DNA of 9,604 bases from Candidatus Wukongarchaeum yapensis (lineage in GTDB: Archaea; Asgardarchaeota; Wukongarchaeia; Wukongarchaeales; Wukongarchaeaceae): the NCBI GenBank assembly GCA_016840425.1, contig JAEOSI010000072.1, forward strand, positions 1 through 9,604. The letters run 5' to 3'. Position 1 is the stretch's first letter; every line of letters starts with the position of its first letter. The position numbers and the translations under genes are program-made. Positions 6,455 to 9,604 of the stretch are shown piece by piece. The notes under the pieces are model-generated. The model saw only the letters and a list, made by a program, of their open reading frames with translations, ran no database searches and was not told the origin of the DNA.

Positions 6455-8313
6455 TTTTTTCTTTTTTCTGGAGGCTTTTTGAAAAATAGTTTTTCCCATG
6501 TTTTCCTATCCAAAAGCGTAAACTCATGAGCTCTTATTAAATCATTACGAGTTACGATCCCAATAGGCTTTTTTGGATTCTCTGGTAGCACTACAGGTAA
6601 CCTCCCTATCCCATACTTGAACATTTCATCCATAACATAGTGCATAGTTTCACGAGGCGTTACAGTTTTCACAGGGGAAGTAAAAAGTTCGCCCACAGTT
6701 GTAGTTTTTAAATCAATCTTAGGATCTCGCAGCACATCCCACATATCAGAAACCGTAACAATACCTATAAGCTCTCCATTCTTATTTACGATAGGAAAAC
6801 CATTATGCCTTTTATCTATAAAAACAGCCATCAATCCCGCCATTGGCATAGAAGCTGGTACCGTCTCAACAGGAACAGTCATGACATCCTTAACCATGAT
6901 CTCATCCAAAATATCAAGTAAACGACCTCTCTTTATTCGGAGACCACGCTTATATAATCGGGTCTGATAAATATCTAATTCTCCAACCAAAACCGTTGCC
7001 ACAGCATATGATAAAATATTCGTCACAAGAAGCGGAGGTAACAAACTAAACTCTCCCGTCAATTCAAAGAGTATCACAGTAGAAGCAATTGGCGCTCTAG
7101 CAGCCCCACTAAACACTGCCCCCATAGCAATTACCGCAACCATACCCCTATCAATTTCTGATATAAGACCAATATTAACCATAATCTCTCCAAATATCGC
7201 GCCCCATGCCACCCCAAGAAACAAAGAGGGCGCAAGAGCCCCTCCGCTTCCCCCAGAACCACAAGTAGAACCCGTAGCTATCATCTTAAAAACCAGAAAA
7301 CCCGCCAAAGTAATTATGGGTATCTCTTCTTTAATCATGGTCGCCATAACATCGTAACCTGTTCCTGTAATTTCTGGCACTCCCACAAAAGCTATAACAC
7401 CTACAACAAGTCCACCCAAAGCCGGTTTTATTTCTGGTGGTACATCTATTTTCTTAAAAAGTTCCTCGATAAAACCAAACCCTCTAACAAAAGCAAAGGC
7501 AATAAAACCCGCACATATGCCAACTAATGCAAACAAAAACATTAGTGAAAGATCCGTAAAGTGAAAAATTGGCAACTCAATAGCAGGGTTAGGGCCTCTA
7601 AAATGGGTCATAACAGTAGAAGCAGTAATGGATGAAAGTACAACCGATATCAAAGCAAAGGGTTGTAATATTCCTATTGCAACTACTTCAACCCCAAAAA
7701 TTGCTCCCCCAAGAGGCGCATTAAAAGTAGCCGAAATTCCAGCACATATCCCTGCAGTAACAAGTATTCGCCTCTCCTCATAATTAAGGTTTAAAAACTG
7801 ACTAATAGTCGAGCCTATCCCTGCACCTATTTGACCACAAGGTCCTTCCCTGCCTGCGCTTCCTCCAGTACCAATTGTAAGGCTCGCAGCAATGGCTTTC
7901 ACAAAAGGCACTCTTGCCCTTATCCTACTCCCATGAAAATAGAGCGCTTCAATCGTTTCAGGTATACCATCTCCCCGAGTCTCTAAAGCAAGTTTAGTGA
8001 CTATACCCACCGCAAGCCCTCCCAAAGGAAGAGCTATAAGAAAAATAAGATTCCATTTCTGGTCGCTATTTTTATCAGAGTAGATCATTTCCCACAGATA
8101 ATCTATCATATAAGTAAAAATAACTATTCCCAACCCTACAATAAAACCAACAATAATCGCAAGCAACATGAGCCTAATCTCCCCCCTATACCTAAATTTC
8201 TCCCACTTATCTCGTATCCTTTTGCGAAAACATCTCTTGCTTGCTTTAGATATTCCTTCCTTTTCATCGTTTTTTTCCTTTTCATATTCTTTCTGTTCTT
8301 TTCTATTTCCCAC
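6448..8313 (-). CDS. CLC-family chloride channel/anion-proton antiporter with CBS pair (CLC2, paralog of CLC1), 621 aa
   Basis: GDGIPE (7957-7974), GGSAGREGP, FNAPLGG, GSGGALAP, LDIY and two CBS motifs. GTG start with GAGGG SD. Shares long stretches with CLC1 (e.g. NPKKPIGI.TR...IRAHE..LL.R..W.K). Confidence 0.96.
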   Translation of the reverse strand: MGNRKEQKEYEKEKNDEKEGISKASKRCFRKRIRDKWEKFRYRGEIRLMLLAIIVGFIVGLGIVIFTYMIDYLWEMIYSDKNSDQKWNLIFLIALPLGGLAVGIVTKLALETRGDGIPETIEALYFHGSRIRARVPFVKAIAASLTIGTGGSAGREGPCGQIGAGIGSTISQFLNLNYEERRILVTAGICAGISATFNAPLGGAIFGVEVVAIGILQPFALISVVLSSITASTVMTHFRGPNPAIELPIFHFTDLSLMFLFALVGICAGFIAFAFVRGFGFIEELFKKIDVPPEIKPALGGLVVGVIAFVGVPEITGTGYDVMATMIKEEIPIITLAGFLVFKMIATGSTCGSGGSGGALAPSLFLGVAWGAIFGEIMVNIGLISEIDRGMVAVIAMGAVFSGAARAPIASTVILFELTGEFSLLPPLLVTNILSYAVATVLVGELDIYQTRLYKRGLRIKRGRLLDILDEIMVKDVMTVPVETVPASMPMAGLMAVFIDKRHNGFPIVNKNGELIGIVTVSDMWDVLRDPKIDLKTTTVGELFTSPVKTVTPRETMHYVMDEMFKYGIGRLPVVLPENPKKPIGIVTRNDLIRAHEFTLLDRKTWEKLFFKKPPEKRKKS

Positions 8314-8431
8314 TATTTTCCCTCAATAATCACTATAAAACACTCTTATGTTAACTTTCACATTATCTCTTAAAGACCCAAAAACAAAACAATTCAAACA
8401 AAAATTTCAAAAATTAAATCTCTTAATCTGG

Positions 8432-8474
8432 CAAAAGAAAGTTAATTATTTTAGATTTTTTTAACTTTCTCTTG
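8432..8474. promoter_or_regulatory. Inverted repeat with 15-bp spacer upstream of CLC2, with extra half-sites
   Basis: AGAAAGTTAA (8436-8445)-N15-TTAACTTTCT (8461-8470), extendable to 13/14 bp. The half-site AAAGTTAA recurs at 8351-8359 (minus) and 8490-8497 (plus). Confidence 0.55.
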
Positions 8475-8498
8475 TTAAGATGCTTTGGAAAAGTTAAG

Positions 8499-8852
8499 AT
8501 AAACCTCTTGGAAATATTCCATATGGTTGCCCGCGTTCTAGATCACGTCTACTGAAAACACCAAATCAAAGAAATCTTGCGGGAAATCCAGTCTTTCAGC
8601 CTTGCCAAGTTGAAAACTGATTTTTCCCGATCGTTCTCTAGCCTTGAAAAGCATCTGTTCCGATTGGTCAATGCCCCAGCAAGAATAGCCAACAAGGGAT
8701 TCCAAAGCAACAATATAATTGCCTGTGCCACATCCCACTTCTAGCACCTTGGAAACAGCTCCAGCTCCGCTGGTCAAGAAAGTTTATTAGGACTTCTGGT
8801 GGACTTGGCGATCCTTTGCGTATTCCGAAGCTATTTTATCATAATCAATCAT
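8499..8852 (-). pseudogene. Class I SAM-dependent methyltransferase pseudogene
   Basis: ATG 8852: MIDYDKIASEYAKDRQVH, shifted frame PEVLINF, back in frame TSGAGAVSKVLEVGCGTGNY...GIDQSEQML...AERLDFPQDFFDLVFSVDVI*NAGNHMEYFQEVY. Motif I (EVGCGTG) is intact. Two compensating indels near 8780-8800, TAG at 8538-8540, C-terminal half missing. Confidence 0.88.
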
Positions 8853-8994
8853 GTTCTAATGTTCGCCTCTTTCAGCACCATATTGATGATAAGAACAGGC
8901 GAATTTCGGGTAGCGGTATGCGGATAAAAGAAGTTCGATATAAACTCCTTAAGCTTCTCTATATGCAGGATCTACAACGTAGCTCGCTGACAAC

Positions 8995-9033
8995 CTTCTC
9001 TGTTTTTTGGGGGTTGTGGGAAAAAAAGAGAAG
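8995..9033. terminator. Possible hairpin/terminator
   Basis: CTTCTCT-G-TTTTTT ...12-nt loop... AAAAAA-AGAGAAG (13-bp stem, one bulge), just past the point where the CARF remnant ends. Confidence 0.3.
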
Positions 9034-9043
9034 TGGTTTGGTT

Positions 9044-9217
9044 TTAGATTTTTTTTGTAAATTCCTTAACATTAAACGCTCTCATGATCTCTCTCCTGGA
9101 GTGTGGCGATAAGTATAACTCTTCTAATCTTCCTATTCTTGACTTTAATCAGGTATTCAACCATCTCCGTAACTACCAACGGGACTTACTGATCGGCGCA
9201 ATCGGACTTGTTGCCAT
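9044..9217 (-). pseudogene. Frameshifted N-terminal remnant of a Csx14/Csx13 (Cas_NE0113, Crn1-like) CARF protein
   Basis: ATG 9217, 6 nt after the upstream stop: MATSPIAPISKS / (frameshift at ~9181) PLVVTEMVEYLIKVKNRKIRRVILIAT / EIMRAFNVKEF. This resembles the family N-terminal pattern LIA.(L/I)G.SP.VVTE...L......V....T. Recognised from memory, not by search. Confidence 0.6.
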
Positions 9218-9223
9218 CTTGAT

Positions 9224-9604
9224 TTAACTCTCTACTAAGTTCTCATATTTATTTTGTATATTTTCTATTTTGTTTCTAGTTTCTTTTATGTTTGGCGGGT
9301 TTTTTTGGATGAAAGCATGACTCATAGCGTTCCTTAATTGTTGTATTTCTGAGTATATTCTAGATACTTCTTCAATGTGGTGGTTGGGCGCCATTAATTC
9401 TTTTCTTGCCATACCATCTAGTAATCCGGTTATTCGTTTTCTTAGTTCTGGTTTTGAGCATGCAATCTCGTGGGCGCATACTTTATTTTCGCAGGCGCTT
9501 AGTTTGTAACATCCGTATCCGAGGAGTCCTTCTCTTAAAAGCACCATAGTGGAAGTATATCTCTCTTTTTCTAAAGAGATTTTTGAAAATTCGAGTAAGG
9601 AGTA
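9224..9604 (-). CDS. C-terminal part of a Csx1-like (TM1812-type) CRISPR-associated CARF-HEPN ribonuclease, 5'-truncated by the window
   Basis: The frame is open to the window edge (YSLLEFSKISLEKERYTSTMVLLREGLL...), so ATG 9547 is probably internal. HEPN R-x4-H motif RNAMSH(AF) plus the upstream Y...LLREG helix typical of Csx1 C-termini. Confidence 0.65.
   Translation of the reverse strand, partial: YSLLEFSKISLEKERYTSTMVLLREGLLGYGCYKLSACENKVCAHEIACSKPELRKRITGLLDGMARKELMAPNHHIEEVSRIYSEIQQLRNAMSHAFIQKNPPNIKETRNKIENIQNKYENLVES

Noticed and set aside
88-8313. Fluoride-exporter (CLC-F) assignment or fluoride riboswitch
   Set aside because: CLC-F signatures (GNNLI/GMGLI, GREGT) are absent, and no riboswitch core was recognised upstream of either gene.
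6323-8540. Amber/opal recoding (pyrrolysine or selenocysteine) to explain the in-frame stops
   Set aside because: The same genes also carry frameshifts, truncations and mixed stop types. CLC1 and GH125 end at TAG, and CLC2 and the HEAT gene at TGA, at plausible C-termini.
8549-9112. ORFs 8549-8731 (-) and 8816-9112 (+)
   Set aside because: Alternate or antisense frames over the methyltransferase and CARF remnants, with no motifs.

Overview
AT-rich window, probably archaeal (inferred from BRE/TATA-like promoter motifs and GGAGG-type ribosome-binding sites). Four long intact genes: a CLC anion transporter/channel with CBS domains (88-1941, +), a PBS-lyase HEAT-repeat protein (about 2184/2259-3074, +), a long-form GH125-like alpha-mannosidase (3977-5980, +) and a second, paralogous CLC-CBS gene (6448-8313, -). 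At the right edge is the 3' end of a Csx1-like CARF-HEPN CRISPR ancillary nuclease. Several gaps hide decayed genes that the ORF track misses or only partly catches: a nikR pseudogene cut off where it meets the stop of CLC2, a SAM-methyltransferase pseudogene, a Csx14/NE0113-type CARF remnant and a probable broken membrane-protein gene. A 25-bp motif (23/25 identical) precedes both CLC1 and the GH125 gene. No CRISPR array, RNA gene or transposase was seen. I cannot show a complete new system. The best leads are possible CLC/GH125 co-regulation, the divergent selectivity motifs of the two CLCs and the nikR/CLC2 junction.
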